Shown here: positions 34,801-46,676 of the stretch, piece after piece
How positions within the stretch are numbered: position 1 is the stretch's first letter
Layout: every line of letters begins with the position of its first letter
Assembly: GCA_905178155.1 (NCBI GenBank)
Contig: CAJINV010000001.1
Coordinates: 1,166,606 to 1,230,605, forward strand
Length of the DNA: 64,000 nt
DNA from: Amoebophrya sp. A120
Taxonomy: Eukaryota; Protista; Dinoflagellata
Reading direction: 5' to 3'
Translations under genes and position numbers: made by a program
The notes under the pieces: generated by a model
What the model was told of the DNA's origin: nothing
Databases searched by the model: none
Seen by the model: the letters and a program-made list of their open reading frames with translations, nothing else

Positions 34801-37800
34801 CGGTCGTGTTACTTATGCGCGTAACTGTACTGAAAGTGCTGTAGCACGTGCGGTCTGAGAAAGCAAAGAGCGGCGCTGCAGCATGACAGTAAGTGAAACC
34901 ATTGTCATTTTTCCGCGCCACAGTAGAGCAGAAGTGTGGGAAGAAAAAATTTTCGTTTTCCATAGTTTGTGATGGATTTTTACGAGTACGCGATGACGCT
35001 GGATACCGACGGCTACTTCCCGCAACCACTGGACAACGACCCCATTGTATTGAGAGGAAAAAACCCCCCTCCCCATATCGAAAAGGTGTGTTTGTCTTGC
35101 TGATTTGAGACCACAAATCACGTCTGTCTTGCAAGAAGACAATTCCACAGGCTCTGCCGCATTATGCAGGCGGTTTGTGATGCTGTTGGGCCTACAGCGT
35201 AGACGTTTCTCATGCTAAGCGCCTAGGCCAAAACTTCTCTACTCAGGCTTGGCAGGAGCCTGCAGCCCTCTACTGCAAGACAAACGTGATTCGCGTACGC
35301 AAATCCACCATCAGAAACTTCCGCTTGATATGGGGAGGGGGGATTTTTCCTTGTGATACATTGAGCGGATGTGGCGCGGAAATTACACCTACACCTGGTC
35401 CCACTTGCTGCCGGACTATCAAATGTAAAAATGTCTGGGTCTGGAAAAGTGTAGACTTGTCATGCAGATTTTCCATGACCCATGAGGCCTGGAATGCGGG
35501 ACTTAGCATGACAGACTCTGCGAGGTCTCTGCCATGCCTATCCTGCATGAGAAACTCCCTTCCAACTTGGTCAAAAGTGTACAGCTTTTGGCACCCATGC
35601 ACCACAGACTTTTGCATGCTTCAGATTTACCATGACAAGTTTCGATCTTCCAGACCCAGACATTTTTGCAATTCATACGGACCAGCCCGGCGCGGTGCGA
35701 CACTTCTGGAGCTGGAGTCTCATGTATTCAGTCGGTTAGCAAACGTACTTCGTATAGATACAAACTTTTGCGTTTTTCGACTTTTCATTTTGTTTTCAAA
35801 TCTCGATGGGAATCGATGCATGGTACATGTGGGGCTGCAGAAACAGAATGAACGCGATTTTCTAAATCGCCCTTCAGGTTTTTCCAAATGAAGGACATTG
35901 ACTGGCGCACGCGGCCGCTGCTGCAGGATTTCATCCGTTATGCATTGCAAAAGTATCGTACTCGTATAAATGCATTACAAATTTCCTCAGCATGAGAAAT
36001 GAAATTTGTAATGCGGATTTGCCTCAAGAAAAGGATTTGCAAGACTTGCATTTATACGAGTACGATACTTTTGCACAGGATATCCGTCCGGAGGATTTGG
36101 AGTGGAACTACAATTTGTACATGAACGACATCTATCAAATGCAAATATGTGTGGGTCTGGAAACTTGTGATGCTGGCTTGGGAATGGTGGACACACTAAA
36201 CTACGCAGCCGAGCATGACAAGTTCTTGAGCTGCTATGCGTTGCGAGTTCTGCATGGCAAGCTGCGCTTTTGCATGACAGGCAAGCGACTCTCCTTTTGC
36301 TCATGCATCACAGAGTTAGGAGTCATGAGAGAAAAGCATGACAAACTTCCATTCTTCCACACCCAGGCATATTTGCATTGCATAACATCGAAATCAACAA
36401 GATCTCGTTTTTCCGGTCCGACAAGTACCAGGAGTACTACGAGTACCTGAACAGCTTCAACGGGTTCTTCCTCTACCGGTGGGGCGACCACGCGCTGTAT
36501 TACAATGAAAAATGCCCCCACGCCCACCCCATATCAAAACGCAAATTTGTGATGCAGATTTGTGGTCACAAATCAGCTTTGTCATGCTACAAGGGAAAAG
36601 ATGCGGACTGTAGTACTGGGTTGCGTGGGGAAGCTTTGCATCTTCAGCATGAGAGGAGGGAGCTGGAAGTGAAAAACAGCATGACAAATCGCCTGCAAAC
36701 GAGGCCACAACTGCGGCCCTTGGCCTTCTAGCATTACAAGTCGATTTGTGTACTCAAATACAGCATCACAGATTTTTTCGTTTTCGATATGGGGAGGGGG
36801 GATTTTTCCTTTTGATACGCTGCGCACCATCGCGGTGGGCATGTACCTGGAACCGGAGGACGTGATGCAGATGCGCATCCCGTACGGCCACCAGGGCTAC
36901 TGCCAGTGCTTGTCCACAGATTACCGGTGCTACACCGAGGAGCGGTACTACTCCGAGATGGGAAACCTGACCACCCTATCCTGTGTAAAAACGTCCCCAC
37001 CCCAGAGTTGTCATGCAGATCTGCAAACACAAGAGCACTTGTAATGCGCATCCCCATAATAGGAATTTCCGATCGTGTTTTGGAACTTGTAATGCTGTGA
37101 ACAGGATGAGCAGAGGGATTTGTAATGCGACTTCCCTTGCTAAACTGCACTACAATACAGCCTGCAATTTGTCATGCGTGACTCCCAAAACTTCGAGGTT
37201 TGTGTTGCAAAATCCCCATCTTGACTCTGGGGTGGGGACGTTTTTACCCAGGATACACCCAGCCGGACTTCTTCCGCAAGGAGTGGCGGGTGTGCGCTAT
37301 CGCAAGGGAAAATCTCTCCTCCCCATACTGAAAAGGTATATTTTTGGAAATTTGTGATGCTGATTTGTGGCCACAAGTCGTGTCTGTCTTTACAAGCAGG
37401 CAAACTCAGAAGGCTCCCCGCATTAGGGCGGCAGTTTGTCATGGTGTTGGGCCTGCAGCATAGACCTTGGTCATGCTGCGCGCCTCGGCCAAAACCTCTC
37501 CAATCAGGCTTGATAAGGGCCTGTGATCCTCTACTGCAAGACAAGGCTGATTTGTGTAGGCAAATCCAGCACCAGAAATTTCGTTATCGATGTGGGGAGG
37601 GGGGATTTTTCCTTTTGATATGCGCGGATCCCATCCCCAGCCCCAGCGAGCGGCTGATCAACCAGATGGCGGAAACGGAAGAGGAAACGAAGGAGTTGAC
37701 CTTCGTCGCCGGCGAGAACCCGATTTTAGATGAGGCGGAGAAAACCCGGCAAAGACAGGAGGAACCGGATGAGCGGGAGTGTGCAAAGTTGGAGAAGACA

Positions 37801-38064
37801 GCGGAAGATGAGGACGGTACAACAACTTCTACTTCAAGTACTGGCATTTCATCTGAGTTTGCGAAAAAGTGTGCGAAGAGAAAAGCAAAGAAAGCGGCCG
37901 CGGCGAAGGATACGGAGGAGAAAGAGGTAGATGACACAGGAGATGATACTCAAACCAGTAGCAGTACGACATCAACAACGACATCAACCGCAGCCAGTGT
38001 CAACAAGAGCGCTGTCAAGAAAACTCAGCGGGCCACAAAGAGGAAACGAAGAAGAAAGAACTGA
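28826..38064 (+). CDS. Large multidomain membrane protein ending in a GT15 (KRE2/MNT1-like) alpha-mannosyltransferase domain; also PAN/apple-like and EGF-like modules
   Basis: Spliced exons give GYRGMCKFRSG, YAMTLDTDG, YMNDIEINKISFFRSDKYQEYYEYLNSFNGFFLYRWGDHALRT (GT15 motifs); CQRHCSMSAGCRFWTF; RGRCTTQGFCECFPPYRGPAC; N-terminal hydrophobic anchor; 13 introners plus other introns. Confidence 0.8.
30681..30942. mobile_element. Introner, family A
   Basis: DR GGGCG/GGGCG. Confidence 0.92.
31016..31266. mobile_element. Introner, family A (opposite orientation to 16612-16861)
   Basis: DR ACTTG/ACTTG. Confidence 0.92.
32126..32341. mobile_element. Degenerate introner
   Basis: TATTCAAATGGAAAA...TTTCCTATCCATA; DR CGTGC/CGCCA decayed; element+5 nt joins ORFs 31585 and 32133 in frame. 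Confidence 0.6.
33433..33694. mobile_element. Introner, family A
   Basis: DR TGGAC/TGGAC. Confidence 0.92.
33749..34000. mobile_element. Introner, family A
   Basis: DR ACTGT/ACTGT. Confidence 0.92.
34122..34383. mobile_element. Introner, family A
   Basis: DR CCTTC/CCTTC; close relative of 53261-53522. Confidence 0.92.
35048..35358. mobile_element. Introner, family C
   Basis: DR CATTG/CATTG. Confidence 0.92.
35417..35677. mobile_element. Introner, family A (opposite orientation to 34122-34383)
   Basis: DR CGGAC/CGGAC. Confidence 0.92.
35939..36082. mobile_element. Introner, family D
   Basis: DR TCCGT/TCCGT; close relative of 4515-4670. Confidence 0.92.
36133..36384. mobile_element. Introner, family A
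   Basis: DR ACATC/ACATC; restores MNDI-EINK. Confidence 0.92.
36498..36817. mobile_element. Introner, family C body with E-type left end
   Basis: DR CGCTG/CGCTG; restores DHAL-RTIA. Confidence 0.92.
36977..37255. mobile_element. Introner, family B
   Basis: DR CACCC/CACCC. Confidence 0.92.
37298..37620. mobile_element. Introner, family C
   Basis: DR TGCGC/TGCGC. Confidence 0.92.
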
Positions 38065-39927
38065 GTAGTGCGAGGGTGTAGGTTGTAGACAGGGTTTTTT
38101 TTCTCGGTTGAGATTGAGATCGAGATGAAAGAGATCAATTTATTGAATCACCATGCCGTTCTTGTTGTGCAGCTGATTGCTGGCCAAGAGTGCAGGAAAA
38201 TGTGTACTGAATTGTTCTTACGGAAGATGCGGACCGACTGGTCGCATGCGAAGTAGGCGTGCATGAATCGCAACGCCGTGATTTATCGCATAGTTTTTTA
38301 CATCACTTAGCATTAAAAGTGAATTGGATATCGGAAAAAAAATACAGCACGTCGTGAGCGCAATACCACCGCAGCTTTTGATGTTCCTCCAAACGGTGGA
38401 CATTGGTAGACTGTGTTCATCTTTCTCGATGATTTTGGAAGATCATCAAAGTACCTACTAGACTCGGCTCGCTGTCGTGAGCCCCACAGCATGGAGCGAT
38501 TGCACTCGGTGCGATTCGGTGAGGAAAGAAGTATCATCGTCAGTCCAAGAGATCCTGAGGAAATTGTTGTACTCACATAGGACGAGGAGATTAACATCTC
38601 TTGAGAGACGAGAAAAGAGCACCGTAATCGTCGCACTCTGCAGGACCTTTACCTCGGCATTTTTTTCGAGATGTGTCGCTTTATTTTCACTGTTTACTTT
38701 TATTTTGAGAATCAATAATGATAATCGTTGCTCAACATTCCTTTGATCGACTTGGATCATCGCGTACGTATTATACTATGGAGGTGATCATGACGCTGCA
38801 CCTGGTGGTGCTAATGAGCGGTCTGATCACTTTCGCATACGTTGATACCTGTATCCTAGAAAACCCATTCAAACCCTTCAGCCCCCACCGAGTTCGCCCG
38901 GCTGGGAGCAATGCGGGGTTTTGGGTGTAAGTAGAGGTATGAGATGAATTAATTCTACTGTCAAAAGTCTCAATCTACGATGTTGTCATTCGATCCATCG
39001 CACAAGCGCGGAGGGACAACGAGAGTGAGTCGATAGATTTTTTCGTTACTCGATTAATCTTTACTTCTTCACCAGAGTGACACCGATGTTGCCCACAAGC
39101 TCGTCTTTATGTTCAGGAGTAGAAAGTAGATTTGATACAACACCCTGTGCTCGTTTTCGTTGAAAAGGCGCACCAAAAATAGTCCTCGTGCCCTCAGTCG
39201 GCCGCCGGGGGCTGGCTACTTGTGCCTCCAGGGCCACACGCTTCTGCAGCCAACCTTGGTCCCGTGCCGTGTCGCGAGACCGTACTTACGCAAGAAAAAG
39301 ATAGTGAATCTACATTGCTTGCCATTTCCCGGTGCCAGTAGCAGATCACGCCTCGCAGACACAACGGAAAGCAGTAGTACTAGGTAGCAGAAGTGTCGCG
39401 AGTAGAAGAGTCAGGGAGAAACGCACGAAGATCTTCGCAGGAACGCTAGTGGTGTAAAGAGTGACCATCTACGGAACGAGTAAAGTTTCTCGCAGTTTCC
39501 GTTCTACTTCTGCGGCTACAATAACGTCACTGCTTCGTGTTTGCTTGCAAGGCGAGTCGACACGGCAACAGCAGCCTAAGCAGCTAGAAGGTTTCATCCG
39601 ACTGCGTAATGGACAACAGCAAAGCGGACAATGCGAATAGTGACATCGACAGTAGTTCTAGTACTTCTTCCGATGAGCCAGAAAGTGAGGCGGCAGTAGA
39701 CGAAGTTTTTTTAGAGGCAAGAACAGCAACGGGCTCCGAGCTTTGGAGTTTGCACTACCACTGCTCCGACCAGCAAATAAAGCTGGGCCCGGGCGAAACA
39801 AGAAGGGGGTCCGGGTCGAGGCGGAAAGAGAACTTCGCTGTCCAGAACGCGGACAAGAAAAGGGAGCACAGAAGTACAAAGCTAGAGATCTTCGCATCAT
39901 CATCCACTACATCCGAAGACAAGCTTT

Positions 39928-41575
39928 ATGCCAGCGGCTGTGGGCAGCTGCCAGTCGCACAGGAGGCCGTCGGTGGATGCTATGAGCAGTACTGGTGCTA
40001 GTTCGTCCTTTATCGCAAGACAAAAGTGTCACAGTTACACACATAGTCTATGCAGGCCAAGCAAGACAGACAAGCTCTGTCATGCCAGATATGCATAGGA
40101 GACTCGTTTTATAGGTGTTTTCCCGTAGGAATAGGATTTCTGCATTGCGAGTTTTCTCTCTCATGCAGAGAAATTTGTGTTGCTGAATTCACTACAAATG
40201 TGTAACTGTAACACTTTTTTCGTGGGATATCCTTCCAAGGCAAGCCTCCCTACCAGACCATACACGACCCGTTTGGCGGACCGAAAAGTTCCCCGTATCA
40301 AGTGCAAGAGTGTCTGGGTCTGGAAGAATGCATGTTTGTCATGCTTGTCTGGTATGACTCTTAAATCTGTCATGCACGTTTCCCATGAGCCCCATTTTGC
40401 TGTCATGCAAAAACGCAGTTTGTCATGCAGAATACGCAAAACCTAGAAGCTCAAAAGCTTGTCATGCTGAGCCAGCATTTGTGGCCTCTTCGTGATACGC
40501 CACCCAGCATCACAAGTTTCCAGACCCAGACATTTTTACAATCCATACCCCGCTCGGCGTCACAAATGCCTCTGCCAGGTCGTCCTTCGGCAGCGCAAGG
40601 AGCTCCGGGAGCAGGACTGGTACGACAAGGTTTTCTTGTTCGCTTATTTTGTGTACGACGTCTCCGAATTATGGAGTAGATATACTGTACTTGTAAAAAA
40701 GCAAGTGCAGACGATTTTTTCTTTTTGTTCGCTTCGCCATGCCCTTGACTTGTTCAACATGAAGATCCAAAAATATTTTGTTAAACCTTAACGTTACCTC
40801 AGCCGGGGACTCGGCGCGGTCAAATCCGGATAGCTGGATAACCCCACCGGAGAGCTCGAGAAGCTCGCGCAGCACCTTTTCTGGCACCAGTCCACACAGC
40901 AGGCTCAGCTCAATACCAGGTACTTATTGTTGAACGAGAATCTTCTACTTTTATCAAGCATGCCATTGCAGCTCGTGTGATGCAGCAAGCCTGAACAGCA
41001 CCACAGATTATCTCACGACAAGAACGTGCTTATACATAGATACATTGACATTATCAGATGGCGAGTCGGAGCGTATTTTTCTGGACGTGAAGTCCGTATT
41101 TTCCTACGCACGGCATGGCCACGCGAAAGTCGTCGAGCGCTGTCTGGTAAACGGGTTCGACCCCAACGCGAGGGATGCTTACGGAAACACCTTGTTTCAC
41201 ATCGCGTCGCAGAACGGAAACAAGAAGATAGCAAAGCTCGCTATCAAATTTGGAGGTACTTGCTTTATTATGTGATTCATCATGGACCTTTTTGTTTCTA
41301 CTTGCTCGGAAACCCTGATAAAAGCCGCCTGTCTAGTACGGTTGTAGTACTTCTTGCTCTAATCATGCGAATGGTGCCTTCATCATCAATCTACAAAACT
41401 GACTCACACTCTACCAGGTGACATGGACTCCCAGAATATGCGCGGCAACACGGGCTTGCATTTCCTCTTCGCCTATGGCTACGGGGACGTTGGCGAGTAT
41501 TTCATCACTAAAGGCGCGAATCCGCAACTGAAAAACATCTACCAGCTCTCGTGCCGCCAAGGACTGAAAACATGA
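39928..41575 (+). CDS. Small ankyrin-repeat protein with Ser-rich N terminus (start uncertain)
   Basis: VFSYARHGH...GFDPNARDAYGNTLFHIASQNGNKKIAK...QNMRGNTGLHFLFAYGY; two introners and three GT-AG introns. Confidence 0.8.
40011..40229. mobile_element. Introner, singleton family (AAAAGTGTCACAGTTACACA inverted repeat)
   Basis: DR TCCTT/TCCTT. Confidence 0.88.
40296..40547. mobile_element. Introner, family A
   Basis: DR CCCCG/CCCCG. Confidence 0.92.
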
Positions 41576-42991
41576 CGCGGAACAATAATTCCCTTCGCGT
41601 TCTTCCTGCTTCACGTCGTGTGCTGTAGTTCTCTCTTGCTTCCCAGTCGTTCCTAAGTCGAGGACCGGTCTTCACCCTGATGGGCTGCTGAGCTAGATGA
41701 TCGCCATACATCAATTTGTAGTGACTTTACCAGCTGCTGACCAGTATCAATCCTCATGGTGGGCAAGGCGTCGTCTTTAGCCTGAGGTGGTCGTGCTGCC
41801 TCCCGTCCCTCCAAGTAACTTACATACAGTCACAAGAAAAGAATACCTACATCACCTCCAGTTATCTCCGCTTTATTAAGTATGTGTTTACCCCCACTAC
41901 CCGTACCCCGCGAAGAACTGCCCTTCCCCTTGCAAATTACGCTAAACAGTTGTTGCGAAGACGCGCTTCTTCTGCACCCCGTAACCCACCGCACTCTGAG
42001 GAGCTTCGTTAGTGTTTGCACTGATTACTGTTACCATTCCCTATCTGACACTGGCGCTGGCATGGAACTCGCCTGGCCTCGCTGAGCTTCAACTCTTTAC
42101 TTCCATGTGTTTTCCCTCCCCGGCTGAGCTTACTTTCCCAATAAAAAAACTCCGCGAACTTGAAAATCAAAATACAATGACTTGATTAGATTTTTCATCA
42201 GATTCAGGTACTTATCAGCGAACTGACAAAGAACTGAAGAACCCCAGCTGCGCGACGCCAGAAAGGGGAGAAAGAAACCATCAGGAATAAATGGGTACTG
42301 GACAGCTTTCTTCTGGAAAGTCGTAAGTAGCTGTGGGGTCAGATGATGGTACTTCAAGAAACGAAATCGAGAAAGTGTTTATTGCAAAAATAGTTCTTGT
42401 CCACTTGCAGATCCAGTGCCTTTCTTCGAGCTCAAAGTAGAACTTGGTAGCTACCTCATTTTCTGCTTATGCGGAAATAAAAAATCTAAATCGCGCGCAC
42501 TTTTTTACACCTGTTTTTCATTTTGAGGAATGAAAGAAAGATCGGAAGAACAAGAGTCAGGCACAGGCTACAGTTACAGTACGAAGAAATAATAAAGACA
42601 AACCAAAAGCTGCAACGCAAAATTTCGGGAATAAAGATGACCGTGACGATGTTGATAATTGGCAAAACGCGCTGTAGCGTTCCTTTTCTGTTCCGAAGGT
42701 AAGTAAAGGATCCTGTTTCTGTCTGAAGAGTCGTGTTCCGCTGGAATAAGAAAAGAAAATTGGCCTGCTCTACTATTGGGACGACTCGCCGATCTGTTTT
42801 CCGTTGCCGCGGATCTCGATTTTGTTGTAGCAGACGCTACGGTACTAGCGTAAAATCGTCGTTGGTCGTGATGTGAACCAATCAGGTTGAGCCGTGAAAC
42901 GTCACAAAGAAGATCTGGTTGAGCCATAGTAAATTCGTGCTTCTAAGAACATAGTGCCTAGGAGAAAAAATGCAGATAAAAATACTTAATT

Positions 42992-43108
42992 CTATGAGTT
43001 TGATTTTTTGCCTAGAGGCGAACAAACTATGAGTTTCTCGCCCACCTAGAGGCGAACACACATGTTGATTTTTTGCCTAGATCCACCACGTGCCTAGATC
43101 CAACACAG
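42992..43108. repeat. Mosaic of short direct repeats built around CCTAGA
   Basis: CTATGAGTTT x2, TTGATTTTTTGCCTAGA x2, CCTAGAGGCGAACA x2, GCCTAGATCCA x2. Confidence 0.7.
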
Positions 43109-43488
43109 ATTCTGGAGTAAAATTTTTCGAGTTTTTTGCTGGTTTTGTTATCGTATGTTGGTTCCCTCATCAACGCAGAGCCTTTTTCAACCAAACCGCA
43201 GCGAATCCCTGACTGTATTTTCCTATTCTCTTTATTTCCTTTTCGATTTTTTCCCCTCCCACAAAAAACAAAAAGATACCCTTTCAACCCTTTTTTCAAT
43301 TTGTTTCACGACAAAAAAGAACCTTGACTCGTCGAATGATATCTGAGCCCCTTTAAGATTCCTCTCAAGGAACCGCACAGCAAAATATCAGAACCGCAAA
43401 TGGGCATCGATGCTCCAGACAACTGGAACTTGATTTAGACACCGCGAGACCGACAAGCGAAATTCGACGACCTGCAAACAAGAGCAGA

Positions 43489-46400
43489 ATGTCGGGCGAC
43501 GATGGCGGCGACGTTGAAATGGGCGACGCGGAGGAGGTCGTCATGCCGTTCCGCATGTCTTCACGCCTGGATGCGGCCGGTGGTAATCAGATAGCAGATA
43601 GCACTTCCGCAACTGGGGCAGTACAGGAGCAAGGTGCTGTGTCATCAACAGCAGCTGTAGCGCCAGCAACCACGGCCGCCGCCGCACCGCCGCAGGATAA
43701 AAATACTAGTGCAGTGGCTGCGAATAATACAATTTCTAACGGCAACGACAGTGCGGGACAACTGCAGCCGGTGCAAGAAGCTCCTTCTATCGCAGTAGAA
43801 ATAAACGGAGCAGCAACTACGGCAGCGCAGAAAGAAGACGGTGCTGGGGAAGTTGTAGAACATCAAGCAGTCGTGGTGGAGGAGGAAAACAACCAAAACC
43901 AAAACGAAAATGGCGAAACAAACGTCCGCGGTGCGGCACCCAACATCGTCCTGGTGCCAAACCAAAAGTTTCTGGAACAATGGAAGCTAAAGGAGGGGGA
44001 ATTAGACAGTGTTATCATTCTCGCCGGGCTGGACCAGTGCCAGATGGGGCAGATCTGGGCGCTGTTCAACGGCAAAGTGCCGCAGGGCACGGTTACCAAC
44101 ATACACTGGATCTCCGACCATCTGCTGCGCTGCGAGTGCGCATCGGCGGAGGCCTGTACTGACTACATAGTCTTTTTTAGCGTAGATGTTTGCTTGTATC
44201 TGATCGACAAATGCTTGTTTTAGTGCGGCGCATCGGGGGCCACGGCTCGTGCATTTTTCGTGACATTTTTATACAAGAATGCCGCTTAATAGTATGTTCA
44301 TTTCTGCATCTTCATCATACAACAGGTAACACGATCATCGAGCTCCTTACCGTGAAGTACCCCACCCCCGATCTGCTTCCCCAAGAAGAGCGGGAGGGGC
44401 CTGGCATCTGGAGATGCCGCAATCGATTCGTCGAGGTGCGCCGGGCGCTGCCGACGGACGTGAAGCCTGAGGGCTTCAAGCGAAAACAGCGGGGCGGAAA
44501 GACCGTGAAGGAATACCGAGGCGACGTCAAGTGGTGCGCGGAGCAAGGTATAATTAGGAAAAACTACTCAATAATTGAGTTGTTTCGAACTACAGAATTC
44601 CATGCAAAAATGTCGTCGTGAGAATATTTTTAAAGCAAGGTAGATGGAGGTGTCGGGAATCAATCTTGTAGTTGAAGGAAAAAGAAAAGCAAAAAATTCT
44701 TTCTCGCCCGCACATAAATCCCTGAAATTATATCAGGCCACGACACCAACTTCGCGACAAAGCTGGCGCTGAAGGCCAAAGCGATGGAGCAGTGGACGGA
44801 ACTCGTCGAGGACGACGTGCAGCAGAGCGTGAACCTGGAAACGGACGTGATATCAACGACGCATCTCCTCGACATGATGTCAAAAAAGGACGAGAAAGCC
44901 TACACCGCACAAGAGGTGAAAGGCGTGCCCCCGGCACAGAAAGGTACTTTAAATAGCTTTTACCAGAGTTTGATGTTTTTCCTCCTTTGCTTTTTTGAGG
45001 TTGGAGATGGAGATGGATTCGTCCTCGTCGGCGGAGCTTGAATAGAATTACTTTATCTCCTGCACATGAGCATGACGTTTTGACGCAGGGTTGTTGTACT
45101 ACTATATCCAAACGGGAAAAAATCGTTCCAACAGGCGCCCGCACCATCATGGGTCCACCCATGGGACCCCCCGGGGCCTTCCGCGGGAAAGGCGGGAACG
45201 AAGTGCCGGTGTTCAATCCGCTCGGGGACGGCGGCAGCTCGTGGGGCGGCAACCACGGCCGCGGGGACTGGGCACCGCTGGCGGACCACGAGAATAACCG
45301 CGACATGGAGGGTTTTCTGGACTATTTGCAGGAATCCGACCTGCAGAGTAGCTGGGACGCCACCTCGGTATACGGGACCGGAAGCGGAAACACGTCGTCG
45401 GTATACGGTGGCGGCTCGTCGAGAAGGTAAGTTGAAGCAAAGGAAAGAAGTTTTGACGACGTCATTTCAATCGTGCCGCATAATTCGAAATCGTCCTAGA
45501 GTAAGAGTGCTATCTGCTCTGTGGGCATTTTTGATGCTTTATCTTCGTGGTCAAGGACTACTGGCTTTATGAGATGAACACGAACCTTCTTGCATGGATA
45601 CATAACAACGCCACGACGATGCTGAAATGAATACAAACTAAGTACTGCATAATCTTCACAAAACGACGTATGATCCCATTTTGACATGTTCTATCAGGGA
45701 TCCCTACGGCACTCCGCAACAGTATGGATGTGTCAGAGTTGAAATCGACAAAGTTGAAATAATTTGTCATGCATAAAAGGGACGCCAGTTGGAACCCAGT
45801 TTCTAAGTGGTGCATGACAAATTTTGGTGGTCCCTAAATCCAGTTTGTCATGCTGTTTAGGCAAAGAAGAGTGATTTTCTCATGCTACTTTAGCAGCTCG
45901 AGCTGTAGCCCCCAACAGGCTTACAATTGGCCTCACTTGCCTGCTCTGCAACACACGTGCCTCGGGTCATGCATTTTATGCATTACAAATTATTTCAACT
46001 TTGACGATTTCAAACCTGACGCTTCCATAAACAGCGAATGCAAGAGTTCGACCGGTACAGCAGTAGCAACAGCCGGCGGCCCCGCTACGAGACGGACAGC
46101 AACATCGACTCCAGTTGTATCCTATGTAAAAACGTCCCCACCCCATAGTTGTCATGCAGAGCTGCGTAGTAAAAATGTTTATCATGCAGAGCCCCATGTT
46201 GAGAAGCATTTTCTAGTCCGGTTTTGGAATTTGTGATGCTCGGATCCGCATGATGTGCTAGATCTGTGATGCTTCTGGAGGTAGCTAAACAGGATTACAT
46301 TACGAGGCCAAACTTGTCATGCGCAGCAACGAAAGCTAATTGATTTGTCTAGCACATTTCCCAACATCTTGACTATGGGGTGGGGACGTTTTTACATAGG

Positions 46401-46676
46401 ATAAGTTACGGCCAAGGCGGCCACGAGGTGCTCACCAACGAGCGGCGCCGGTTCGACGAGCCGCAGCGTGGGCGGGAGCGGTCCCCGCGGCGAAACGACG
46501 ACCGGGGCGGGCCATACAGCCGGGGCGGCGGCCAACAGTCCTATGGCAACGACGATAGGTCCTACCAAGACCGAGATCGAAGCGACCGCGGCTACAACAA
46601 CGACCGGAGTGGCGGGAATCGCCGCGGTAGGGACGACTATGATGACGACTACGACCGAAAACGCAGGAGACGGTGA
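43489..46676 (+). CDS. NCBP3 (DUF2414)-like RNA-binding protein with RG/RD-rich tail
   Basis: IILAGLD...IWALF...IHWISD and VEVRRALPTDVK resemble the NCBP3 RRM-like domain; SR-like C terminus RGRERSPRR; several GT-AG introns and two introners. Confidence 0.55.
45723..46029. mobile_element. Introner, singleton family with long (~55 bp) TIR
   Basis: TATGGATGTGTCAGAGTTGAAATCGACAAAGTTGAAATAATTTGTCATGCATAAAA mirrored at the right end; DR AACAG/AACAG. Confidence 0.9.
46118..46403. mobile_element. Introner, family B
   Basis: DR AGTTG/AGTTA. Confidence 0.9.

Noticed and set aside
39609-40001. 130-aa ORF upstream of the small ankyrin gene
   Set aside because: It is in a different frame from the spliced ankyrin CDS and has no recognisable domain; could be UTR or an unresolved exon.
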